Position numbers and translations under genes: made by a program. From Mobula hypostoma (taxonomy: Eukaryota), in contig NC_086097.1 in NCBI RefSeq assembly GCF_963921235.1, positions 68,202,001 to 68,266,000 on the forward strand: a stretch of 64,000 nucleotides of DNA, in the 5' to 3' direction. The notes under the pieces are model-generated. The model was not told the DNA's origin. It ran no database searches and saw nothing but the letters and a program-made list of their open reading frames with translations. Below are positions 1-10,420 of this stretch, piece after piece. How positions within the stretch are numbered: the first letter of the stretch is position 1; every line of letters starts with the position of its first letter.

Positions 1-346
1 TGGTGTTGGCTTCAGCAGCAACTCTTGACTGAGGTCTTTGCTGTGGTGGAATTGCACAAGAGTGGACTGTGGATCTTTGCTGCGGTAGATATTGACTGTC
101 AATACATGGACTATGTGAAAGGCCTATTGGCTATGTGGTGTGGACAGCTTCCCTTTGTAGAGCTGGAGCATTGTTTTTCTATAGACAAAATGCATTTGGA
201 CGTATTCTTTAGTAAGGTGCATTGGCTGTTGTGACAGCACAGCAGGACTGATTCTGGTTTTAGACTCACCACTGTCCAAGTCAGCTGTTGCTTCTGCTGA
301 GGCAGCCTCAGCTTTATGCTTTTCCTGAAGTACACTTAACGTAGCT

Positions 347-510
347 TCTATATGTGCTCTCTCCATGACTATATGTGCTTTCTTCAAATCCACACGTACT
401 TTCATGTCTATACATGCTCTGTGCATGCATTCTCCACGACTATACATGCTTTCTCCATGTCTACACATGCTTTCTCCATTACTATATGTGCTTTCTCCAT
501 ATCTATTCGA
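347..510. repeat. Imperfect 21-bp tandem repeat encoding a 7-aa unit (MEKAHIV / MEKACVD) within the BEL gag
   Basis: Recurring unit such as gctttctccatgtctacacat and gctttctccattactatatgt, about 7 degenerate copies. Confidence 0.8.
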
Positions 511-552
511 GGTCTCTCTCTTTGCATCTCAACTTCACATGTAGCATAAGCA

Positions 553-1186
553 GAGGCGGGAGAAGATGGCGCGACGCAGCGCACGCAGCCTCTCCGGTGA
601 AATGATATCGTATTTGTTAAATAGGGTACCGTGCACAATTCTGATTTGATGGAGATGGACGTGAGAAGCACAGAGGAACATCTGGAGAAACTTCTGAAAT
701 GCCCGGTTCACTGCCGCTGCTACTGTGCAATCGAGAATCTCCAGAGGGAAGGCCCCAAATCCTCGGCTTTGCCCGCTGCTGGCGACCAGGGATGGGGTCG
801 AAGCACTGGGCAGAGATGGTGCTCGGTGCTCGGTGTTGGAGGGCTGGTCGGAGGCTTGAAGTTTTCGGACGACTCAGAGTCGGACTGTGGTCGGGCATGG
901 CAGAGAGAGTTTTCTTCCTTCTGCCGTCTGCGTGAGATGTGGGACTTTCGAGAGACTTTGAACTTTTTTACCGTGCTCATGGCCTGTTCTTCATCAAATT
1001 ATGGTACTGCTTGCGCTGTTGTAACTATATGTTATAATTATGTGGTTTTTGTCAGTTTTTCAGTCTTGGTCTGTCCTGTGTTTCTGTGATATCACATCAG
1101 AGGAATATTGTATCATTCCTTAATGCATGCATTACTAAATGACAATAAAAGAGGACTGCGTGTCCTCAAAATCTAACCTAATCTAA
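553..1186 (+). mobile_element. Short (~630 bp) non-autonomous LINE-derived retroelement (Rex/L2-like 5' end plus 3' tail)
   Basis: Starts GGGAGAAGATGGCG and is CpG-rich relative to its flanks. Ends AATAAAA, a GAGGAC..GTCCTC hairpin (1151-1167) and an (ATCTA)n-like tail. It cleanly interrupts the BEL gag frame. Confidence 0.7.
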
Positions 1187-2539
1187 TTCTTGCTGCTTCA
1201 GCAGTGACACGGGCTCACACTGCAGCTATGCTAATCATGGATTAGTTTGAGCATTGTGAAGACGTGATTGATGTGCCACATTCTGACCTCACTTCCACAT
1301 CTTGGTGATCGATGTTGCTCGGGTCAGAAGCTGACATTGCTATGTACGGTGTTCAGACTCATCTCCAGTTCATGGATAATGCCTTAGAAGATGAGTTATC
1401 TTTTCACCCTACTGCCCTCACAGTGTGTATGTACAAAGCAATGTAGCAAGTTAAACACCTTCTCAAAAGTCACCTAAGATGGAAGCTTTCTTCAGGGTTT
1501 TGAATGAGGTCTTACTTATGAAACAGCAGAAGGTTAAGTAAAATGCGTATTAAATTCAACACAGAATCGTCATACGCCTGAATATACTAATACTGTTGAT
1601 TATTCTCATGAATGGTCTTAACCAAGGTAATACATACACGGAACTCTCCATATTATGCTATGTAAACTAGAGTAAACTCATGCTACAATATTATTTTAAT
1701 AACGATAAACACAACACTTCCTTCAATATATACCTACTACGTGTTTACCAATATTAGCAAAAGCTTAAGACTCACAGATATTACTGTTCCAAGGGCAGTT
1801 AAAGAGAGGATGGAGATGGATGCCTTTCAAAACAAATAATACCTCTAGAGTTCAGAACAGGGGCCACGTAGACCTTCAAGACCACCCACAAGTGACACTG
1901 GTAGGTAATTACCAGGGAGGTCTTTGTCAGGAGCAATACAGCCTGCGGTGATAACCAGTGTCACAAAAAGTATCATGATCTCACATCTCTGGTCAAGAAA
2001 AATCAGTTCTTTTCATTACATTCACAACTAATGCCTTGTATTCACAATTGCCTAAAATGTTTCCTTAGAATATATTCCCCACACACCATCTGCTTCTGCC
2101 TCTCTTCTTCCAAATCATGTCAGTTCATGTGTGTTGAGAAATATACTCCAACCATGAAAAATTCTGGCCATGTCCTGAAAGGAGACAAATTAATCCCACT
2201 GGATTACTTCACAATCAAAGTGGGAAAGGATACAATCCTCTGGAAAGCTGTGACTGGGAAGGAAAAATTTGGACATGATAAATCCAAGTTCAAGTTTATT
2301 GTCATCTGATTATGCATATATACAACCAAACAAAACAACATTCCTCCAGACCATGGGGAACCTACAAAACATACAGTATATCACACTCAGCACATAAACC
2401 GAACTACTAATACAAGTTAATACGATATAATTCAAAATGAATGTAGTGCACAGTATAGGTAAACAGTCAACTACAGTTTGCCTTTCAACACAATAATCCC
2501 ATCTAAACACATCATCAAGCTTCAAGACCTTGCCTCTGT

Positions 2540-3180
2540 ACTTCCTTGAGACACCTCTTACCTCACTCCGGTATGTTGACTCATTGTCACCTTTAATTGA
2601 GTGGTTCTGCAATAGCAACTTCTTGCTCAACACCAGAAGAACTTAAGGGCTGATAGATGACTTCAGTCGGATGAATATGTGCCAATCTACATTGGGGGAT
2701 TGGTGGTGGAGAGAGTCAGCAGACCCATAGGTGCTACCACAAGGATAGCTTATTTTAAGAAGTTAAGGAGGTTCAACTTGTCACCAAACAATCTAACAAA
2801 TGACCACAGATGTACTGTGAAAAGTATCCTGACTGGTTACTTCATGGCTTGGGATTGCAATTCAAATATGTAAGAGGCTGCAGACAGTAGTGGACTCTGC
2901 CCAATACATCACAGGCATTTCCCTCCCCACTATCAATATCATCTACAGGAGGCGATAGTTCAAGAGAGCAACATTCATCATTTAAGATCCTCATCAGCTG
3001 GGCCTGTCATCTATTTGCAGCTACAATTAGGCAGGAAGCACAGAAGCCTGAAGTCCTACACCACTAGATTCAAGAACAGCTATTTGCCTTCAACCATTCA
3101 ATTCTTGAAGCAAACGTCAAAATCCTAATCACTACATTTTAGCATCACTATTACCATTCTGCTCACTTTGAACTAAAATG
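2540..3180 (+). mobile_element. Rex-Babar/L2-type LINE 3' fragment, decayed
   Basis: ORF 2679-2873 (YFKKLRRFNLSPNNLTNDHRCTVKSILTGYFMAW) matches the C-terminal 'LYFLRRLRRF...FYRCTIESILTGCITVW' motif, followed by the typical 'TTRFKNSY' tail region. Confidence 0.75.
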
Positions 3181-3881
3181 GACTTTGTTTTCATAATTTC
3201 CAGGAGTTACCTGCAGAGCATAAGATGCTGGCCCAGAATGCAGCAGTAGCAGAATGCCTTAATGTGTTAGTGTACTAATTTCCTCAAAGCACCAGTACAA
3301 ATAAGGGCACTGCATGGAAAAAAGGTTAGATTAGAGGGGCATGATTCTCAAGGGAAGACATAGGTACTGCAATGGACCTGGAAGGGAATGGGAGCTACCG
3401 GCTAACAGTGCCCAGAAGTGGTGCTGGCACAGACCCATGATAGGAAGGCATATAAGAGAGGCTCTTAGATAGGTATCCTAAGATGCTCAGAACAATATCT
3501 GGCAAGTCAGACTGAATCCATGAGATGACAAGGGATGTGTTACAAGACTATGTCCATATTTTCTTGAAATGTACAGAACTGGGAAGCCTCAATTCCAGAC
3601 AGAAAGTAATTCCTTCTTCTGTGGTAGCCAATAGCATGATTGCAAAAACATCACAGCTGAAGATAGAGCTTTCTGTCTTGATTGAAGGATAATCCAAGTG
3701 CCTCAGATCCATGCAAGCTCTCAGCAGTAAACTTGTTCCCAGAAATAGGAGATAAGTTTTGCACCGGTGAGAAGAAAACCATGTTTCCAGGTCTATATGG
3801 CAGCCTTCACAAGGTCCTGAAGGCCAATGGACAGCACTAGGTGTACAGACCAGTGTCGGTTCAGAGCTGTGGCAGTCCTGT

Positions 3882-4390
3882 TAGAAACACAGAAACATAG
3901 AAAACCTACAGCACAATACAGGCCCTTTGGCCCACAAAGCTGGCCGAACATGTCCTTACCTTAGAAATTACCCAGGGTTACCCACAGCCCTCTATTTTTC
4001 TAAGCTCCATGAGTCTCTTAGAAGAACCTATTGTATCCGCCTCCACTACCATTGCCAGAAGCCCATTCCACATACTCACCACTCTCTGCATAAAAAACTT
4101 ACCCCTGACATTTCCTCTGTACCTGCTTCTAAGCACCTTAAAACTGTGCCCTCTCATGCTAGCCATTTCAGCCCCAGGAAAAAGCCTCTGACTCTCCACA
4201 CGATCAATGCCTCTCATCATCTTATACACCTCTATCAAGTCACTGCTCATCCTCCATCACGCCAAGGAGAAAAGGCCGAGTTCACTCAACCTATTTTCAT
4301 AAGGCATGCTCCCCAATCCAGGCATCATCCTTGTAAATCTCTGAACCCTTTCTATGGTTTCCACATCCTTCCTATAGTGAGGCGACCAGG
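3882..4390 (-). mobile_element. CR1 (HER1-like) LINE 3' fragment
   Basis: ORFs 3978-4250 and 4257-4448 give WSPHYRKDVETIERVQR..., DLIEVYKMMRGIDRV...RGHSFK...FFMQRVVSMWNGL. 8-nt-unit tail (ctatgttt) at ~3882-3905. Confidence 0.9.
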
Positions 4391-4529
4391 GTAGGAATAG
4401 AGATTTCAGTCCTCTCTTAGGATCTCTCTTGTAGTCTGTGGCTCTCAAGAACTCTCAGTTCTTTCTAATAGGCACACTACTTTCTGTTTGGTTGTCTGGT
4501 ACCGACCCGTTAAAGGCATGAGTTCATTA

Positions 4530-4795
4530 TTAACATTCCGACAGCAGAATAGGTCCTTCGAGCTGCTCTGGCCCAGCAACCACCAATCATGGGACAATTT
4601 ACAATGACCAACTACTCTACTAACCGGTACGTCTTTGGACTGTGGTGGGTAACCGGAGCACTCGGAAAAAACCCATGCATTCTAAGGGGACAGCCTTCAA
4701 ACTCCTTACAGACGATGTTGGAATTGAACTCCTTACTCCAATGCCCCAAGCTATAACAATGTTGCACTAGCTGTTATGCTACCACGGCGCCCTAT
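4530..4795 (-). mobile_element. tRNA-derived V-SINE/HE1-like SINE
   Basis: Minus strand starts GGCGCCGTGGTAGCATA (A-box-like), then GAGTTCAATTCC (B-box), then the V-SINE-like core GTGCTCCGGTT.CCCAC..CAGTCCAAAGACGT. Confidence 0.7.
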
Positions 4796-5384
4796 CAGGA
4801 CATGCCAACATCCATGGATGTCGATCATCACCTGACCATGTTGCTGGGCTTCAAATGCTAAGCACAGGCCTGGACGCCAGACGTCCATTGTCCTACATCC
4901 ACATGACTGGCTTTCAAACGTGAGCGGGGTCTAGACTCCAGATGTCCTTTGTCCCATGTTCACATCCCTGGTCTTCAAGCACAGAGCAGAAGACTAGACT
5001 CTGGCCAGACCTCAAACTCCTCAACATCCCTGTCCCTAAACCCTAGCCTGACCCATAACACCTCTCTCTATCCCCAGAATCATCCAAACGAACTTCAAAA
5101 ACAACTGTCTGAGCTACAACTTCGACAGAGAGCGCAGCTCAGCATCATCGGAACCAGACTGGAACCAGAATGCCAGATTTATTGCTTTATTGATAAAACT
5201 CCCATTACAAGGCACATTTGGGACTAACAGATTTTCTAGACTATTTGATACTATTCCTATTAAAAACCTAACACATTTTTCATTAACTATTTTTATATGT
5301 TACTCAGTAATATAGTCATTTTTCAGTGACTATAAGTTTAAAGGAAGCATGGGAAGCACAGAGCTACTGTGCCATGCCAGTGGC

Positions 5385-5660
5385 TTTTGGGACCACCTGC
5401 TGAAGGAAGCCATTGAAGTAAGACTAGAAAATAAGAATTTCAACAAAGACTGTGGTCTCACTCTAAGTAAGAACTAGAATATGATTTTAAACAAGGTGGG
5501 ACAGTGGAAACCTGATTGGCTGAGGACTAACCAATCTGGAGTGACGAGAGTATCACTGGACTAGACATGCCCAGGCATCATCCCTGATGAAGATGGCAGA
5601 GTTTGTCATTGAAACATCGGTTAAAATTGACACCTGAAAACCCGGGAAGAGTTCATGCAT
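5385..5660 (+). mobile_element. Penelope-like element 3' end (GIY-YIG C-terminus plus hammerhead-like motif), a different family from the one at 25016
   Basis: Translates LLKEAIEVRLENKNFNKDCGLTLSKN, typical of a PLE endonuclease end. Followed by CTGATGA-agatggcagagtttgtcatt-GAAAC-ATC at 5584-5618. Confidence 0.7.
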
Positions 5661-6214
5661 CCTTTAGCAGAGACTTTTTAGGTGTAGCAGGATCTCAGTG
5701 TGGCTGTTGAGATATGATCTTAGATTTACAATTGTAAATATTGTTATGCCTAATTGGATTTAATGTTAAAGGCTTGGCTGCAATTTCAAAAACAATCATG
5801 AGGCAAGTGAGTATATTTCTCAATCATGCAAAATATTGACAATTGCCACGTGCTGCTAAAGTATTTCTAATATTACTGATCCCTGCATTATTCTGAGGAA
5901 GATGAATCTCAAGGTTGTTTATGGTATATATGATTTGATAATAAATTTATCTTGAACTAATATCCATAATTTTACTTCACTACAAATATTCTTAAGTGGG
6001 CCACTAGATGAACATGTGAACAGTTTGTAAATAAGAAGAGGTGATATGGTTCCCACCATGCAGGAGATTTGAAATGTGAAAGTAATCTATGGAGAATGAG
6101 GAATAACATGATAAGGCTTCATGATGATGACAATACTGATTTATTCAATTACCTCTTCGGTTCTAAGTAAACCTTTATTGCCAAGTCTGGCTATGTGCAA
6201 GAACGAAATTATAA

Positions 6215-6577
6215 GCTTAAAATGCTAGAGGAACTCAGCAGGCCAGGCAGCATCTATAGGAAAGAGTAAACAGTTGATATTTCATACCAAGACCCTTCAT
6301 CAGGACAGGAAAGAAAGAGGAGAAATCAGATTAAGAGGTGGGGGAGGGGAGGAAGAAGTACAAGGTGGTAGGTGATAGGTGAAACCAGGAGAGGGAGAGG
6401 GGTAAAGTAACGAGCTAGGAAGTTGATTGGCAAAAGAGACAAAAGGCTGGAGAAGGGGGAATCTGATAGGAGAGGACAGAAGGCCATGGAAGACCAGGAA
6501 ACAGGAGGAGCACCAGACGGAGATGACAAACAGATAAGGAGATAACGTGAGAGAGGAAAACAGGAATGGGGAATTGT
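6215..6577 (-). mobile_element. Penelope (Neptune-type) 3' UTR/pLTR fragment
   Basis: Clear similarity to 25016-25400: gaactcagcaggccaggcagcatctatagg...gacccttcatcaggac plus the purine-rich tract. Confidence 0.8.
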
Positions 6578-9060
6578 AAGCTTGTTGTTTATTGGACAGA
6601 ATGTCTACATTCATTTTAAATGAAGTAATGTCCTTGAAATTAAATGTGTAGTACGGCCTTGGTATAAAAAAGGCAGCAACTGACTGTATCACACAGACTG
6701 AAGACTATTACTAGGATTTTGATCCTGCAATGTATCTGTTAAAATTGTTCACAGGATATGAACACTGCAGGTTAAAATGATGACAAGGTTATAGAGTTTG
6801 AGATTGAGAGTGGATTTGACTTCATCTGTGAGAGCAATCCAGCTATTTATGGCTAAATAAGGACACAGGCAGAGAGGTGTGCATCACCTTCAGAAACTCG
6901 CTCCTCAGAGAAGTGTAGCTAAAAGAGTAGCTTCTTGTGAAGCTGGATGCACAATTTCTTAGATGCTGAATCATTCTGCACCCACTGCAAAGTGAGAGTA
7001 CCATGCCAAGGTCTGCTATGAAAATGAGTGTTTTGTTGGCACAACGCACATTTTGGTTGAGGGAAAATACAAAGGAATGGTTGGTTTTGTATGAGCAGAA
7101 CCTAAATTAACCTGTTTGACCCTTAAAATATGTTTCTGAGTAAAATGTTGGTAACAGCTGTTATTTTTCCATGAGAGAAAATTTTCTTATAAATGAACAA
7201 TTATTGTTTTTTTAGATCAATGTACTTGAAAATCTCATTGATAATGAGCATTGTACATCACGGGACTATTGATGTTGTCTGCAGTAGTTTCATGCCAGAA
7301 GAAAAGTCGAAACAAACTTGAATAACTTGCCAAAAAACAGGCAGATGATGTTAGTGATAATGCTAACCCTAAGTATATAGAAACATGTGCAAATTTGCTT
7401 TATACTTCATTAATATAAGTTTTAAGAGCTCAACACTTTTTATGGAGTAGTCTGAATTAATTGTCATCCTTGGTATTTAGTTAGAGTTACTAGCTGATAG
7501 ATGTAATCAATCTATTCTGCATATTTTCTAGTGTTTATATAGTACCAACATCCTCATCAGTATGGTATACAGCACGAGCTGCACCACATATGTGAGCCTG
7601 TGTTGAGGTTTCCATTTTAGACTTCAAAGTTCTCCAACAGCACCCAAAAGGCAGATGCTACCAAGATCATTTTCACCCTCTGTAAGTTTTAATCTAGGTA
7701 ACTCAATGCATAATTCTGCTACAGTGTACAGAAGAAAAATTGATTGCAGGAATACACAATAGTTTCATATGCAACAGCCACAGTGAGATATTTTTCAGGC
7801 ATATAAATCCCCCAAGTGCCATCAAGAATAGTGCAAGATGGAAAATTCACCTGTGACGAGATCTTTCAAACTCACAGGTCTGAGAAAAAAGGCTGAGTTT
7901 CTTCATTCAATAGCAATAAATAAATGAAGATATTTAGAACTTATAAATAATGATATTTAGAAATTTAAAAATGTACCAAGCATAAAAAGTAATTAGCAAA
8001 GTTCAAAAGATGAAGATTCAGATGCTAGTATTTACAAACAAAATATTTAGCAATCAGCAATTGTAAAGAAAAAGGAAAATCAATTGTAAACACATTTTTG
8101 ATATACAACAATTGTAAATTAACCACAGCTCAATGTTGAGAAGTTCAATGAATAATATTGGAATAATATGGCCATTAACAGCTAAACGAGGAGAATGAAG
8201 ATTAGAAGATTTAATTTGAATAGTGCACTTCTGAAGATCTACTGTAGTTTCAATTCTAAATGAAATTCAGATTTGGAACCCAGAAGAATAAAATTTGTCA
8301 CATAAAATTAGAACACTGAAATTCATTCTGATTGATAAATTCACATCTTGTCAACAACATTCAGGACACAGTATGCCAGTCAAACTAGTGGGACATTCCA
8401 ACTTTCTCTTCAAATTATCTCAATAATATACACAAAGGCAACCTTTGATATACAGCAGTTGCTAGAACACCAGTCAGCACATTTGTTTGAAATCAATGCC
8501 ATGTTTTGGATTTTGACCACTGAAAGAAGTATTGGAACTGAATAAATAATCAAGTGAGATTTTAAAACCTTTCACTAATGAATTGTAAGGCTGCTGCAGG
8601 GAAGCAACAACTAATAATAAAGACAGCTTTCTAATGGTGCTATTGACGTTTTCTGGAGCACAGGTACAATTCCAAGGATTCAGTCTGATGTCACTAAGAG
8701 TTTCCATAGGAGCAGTATTGATAGGAGAGTTATTGATTGTACTGCAGAGCTTATATATATATGCAGTTAACTCTCGTTTATAGCAAAGACATAGGATCTA
8801 ATGCTTTAACTAATGACATTTCAGACATTATTACTGCTAATTAAGATCAGTTGTACTTAATTTTGTTTTCTGTTTTATTTCAATATTACTGCATTTAAGA
8901 TCCTTTTGAATGGGCAATATTATAACAGGTCCTGCTGATGGATTTAAGATCACCAGAATTTACAAACCTTAAGGGATTTTTAGGTTCACTTAAATATTAA
9001 ACTAGTTATGAATACAGATCTATGTAGCTCAATAAATTTACAATTGTGCAAAAACTGTAA

Positions 9061-10420
9061 AACCATAAGACAAAGGAGCAGAATTGGGCTATTTGGACCA
9101 TCACATTTGCTCCACCATTCCATCATGGCTGATTTATCAACCCCCTCTCAACCCTCTCCTGCTGCCTTCTCCCTGTAACCTTTCACAGCCTGATTAATTA
9201 ACCCCCATCTTAAATATACCCAATGACTTGGCTTGCAATGAATTCCACAGATTCATCACCCTCTGGCTGAAGCAAGATTTCCTCATCTCTGTTCTAAATG
9301 AGCATCCTTCAAATCTCAGGCTGTGCCCTTTGGTGCGACACTTCCCCTTTACAGGAAGTATCCTCTCCAAATCCACTCTATCTAGGCATTTCAATGAAAT
9401 CCCCCCCCCCCCAAACTGCTGTGAGCACATGCCCAGAGCCATTCAACACTCCTCATATGTTACTCCTTTCATTTCTGGGATCATTCTCGTGAACCTCCTC
9501 TCCAACGCCATCACACCTTTTCTTAGATACGTGACCAAAAACTGCTCGCAATACACCAAGCATGCTTTGACCAATGCCTTATAAAGTCTCAACATTACAT
9601 CCTTGCTTTTGTATTCCAGTCCTCTCGAAATGAATGCTAACATTGCATTTGCCTTCTTACCCCAACTCAACCTGCAAGTTAACCTTTAGGTAGTCCTGCA
9701 TGAGGGCTCCCAAGTCCCTATGCATCTCTGATTTTTGAATTTTCTCCTCATTTAGAAAATAGTCCATGCCTTTATTCCTTCTGCCAAAGTGCACGACCAT
9801 GCACTTCCCTACACTATATTCCATCTGCCACTTCATTGCCCATTCTCCCAATATGCCTAAGTCCTTCTGCAGACACCCTCCACCTATCTTCATATCGTCC
9901 ACAAACTTGGCCACAAGGTCATCAATTCCTTCATTGACGTAAAGTAAGAAGAAGTGGTCTCAACACCAGCCCCTGGGGAACACCATTAGTCATTGCCAGT
10001 CAACCAGAAAAAGCCCCGCTTATTCCCTCTCTTTGCCTCCTGCCAGTCTTCTATCTATGCTAGTACCTTTCCTATAATATCATGGGCTCTTGTTAAGCAG
10101 CCTCATGTGCAGCACCTTGTCAAAGGCCTTCTGAAAATTGAAGTAAACAACACCCACTGACTCTCCTTTGTCTCTCCTGCCTGTTATTTCCTCAAAGAAT
10201 TCCAATAGATTTATTAGGCAAGATTTCTCCCTCAGGAAACCATACTGACTGTGGCCTACTTTATCATGTTCCTCCAAGTATGCCGAAACCTCATCCAACA
10301 TCTTTCCAACCATCCAACCACTGAAGTCAGGCTAAGTGGACTATAATTTCTTTTCTTCTGCCTCCCTCCCTTCTTAAAGAGTGGAGCGACCTTTTCAATT
10401 TTCCAGTACTCTGGAAACAT
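9061..10420 (-). mobile_element. CR1 LINE, 3' half (RT through tail) of a 5'-inverted element
   Basis: ORF fragments PEYWKI..PLFKKGGRQKKRNY, SQYGFLREKSCLINLLEFFEEIT, FQKAFDKV, KFVDDMKIGG, KKANAMLAFISRGLEYKSK. The tail is at ~9061. Confidence 0.92.

Larger units (their letters stand above)
1..1337 (-). mobile_element. BEL/Pao-type LTR retrotransposon gag N-terminus, decayed; continues off the window's left edge; split by the insertion at ~553-1186
   Basis: Minus frame from ATG at 1337 reads MSASDPSNID...SMISIAAV*ARVTAEAAR. After the insertion it resumes AYATCEVEMQRE...MERAHIEATLSVLQEKHKAEAASAEA...TKEYVQMH. This resembles the 'AAARARAKAEAA...EKARLEATL..LQ.EKEAEAA' coiled coil of fish BEL gag. 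Stops and frameshifts are present. Confidence 0.65.

Noticed and set aside
8474..8707. ORF with LSDIRLNPWNCTC resembling an LRR C-terminal cap, plus LRR-like words (NKISTLISGNFVALDK) at ~13610-13670 on the minus strand; possible nested TLR/LRR pseudogene
   Set aside because: No sustained LxxLxLxxN periodicity and many stops in all frames. AT-rich DNA yields L/N/I/K-rich text by chance. A tBLASTn/HMM search with LRR and TIR profiles would settle it.
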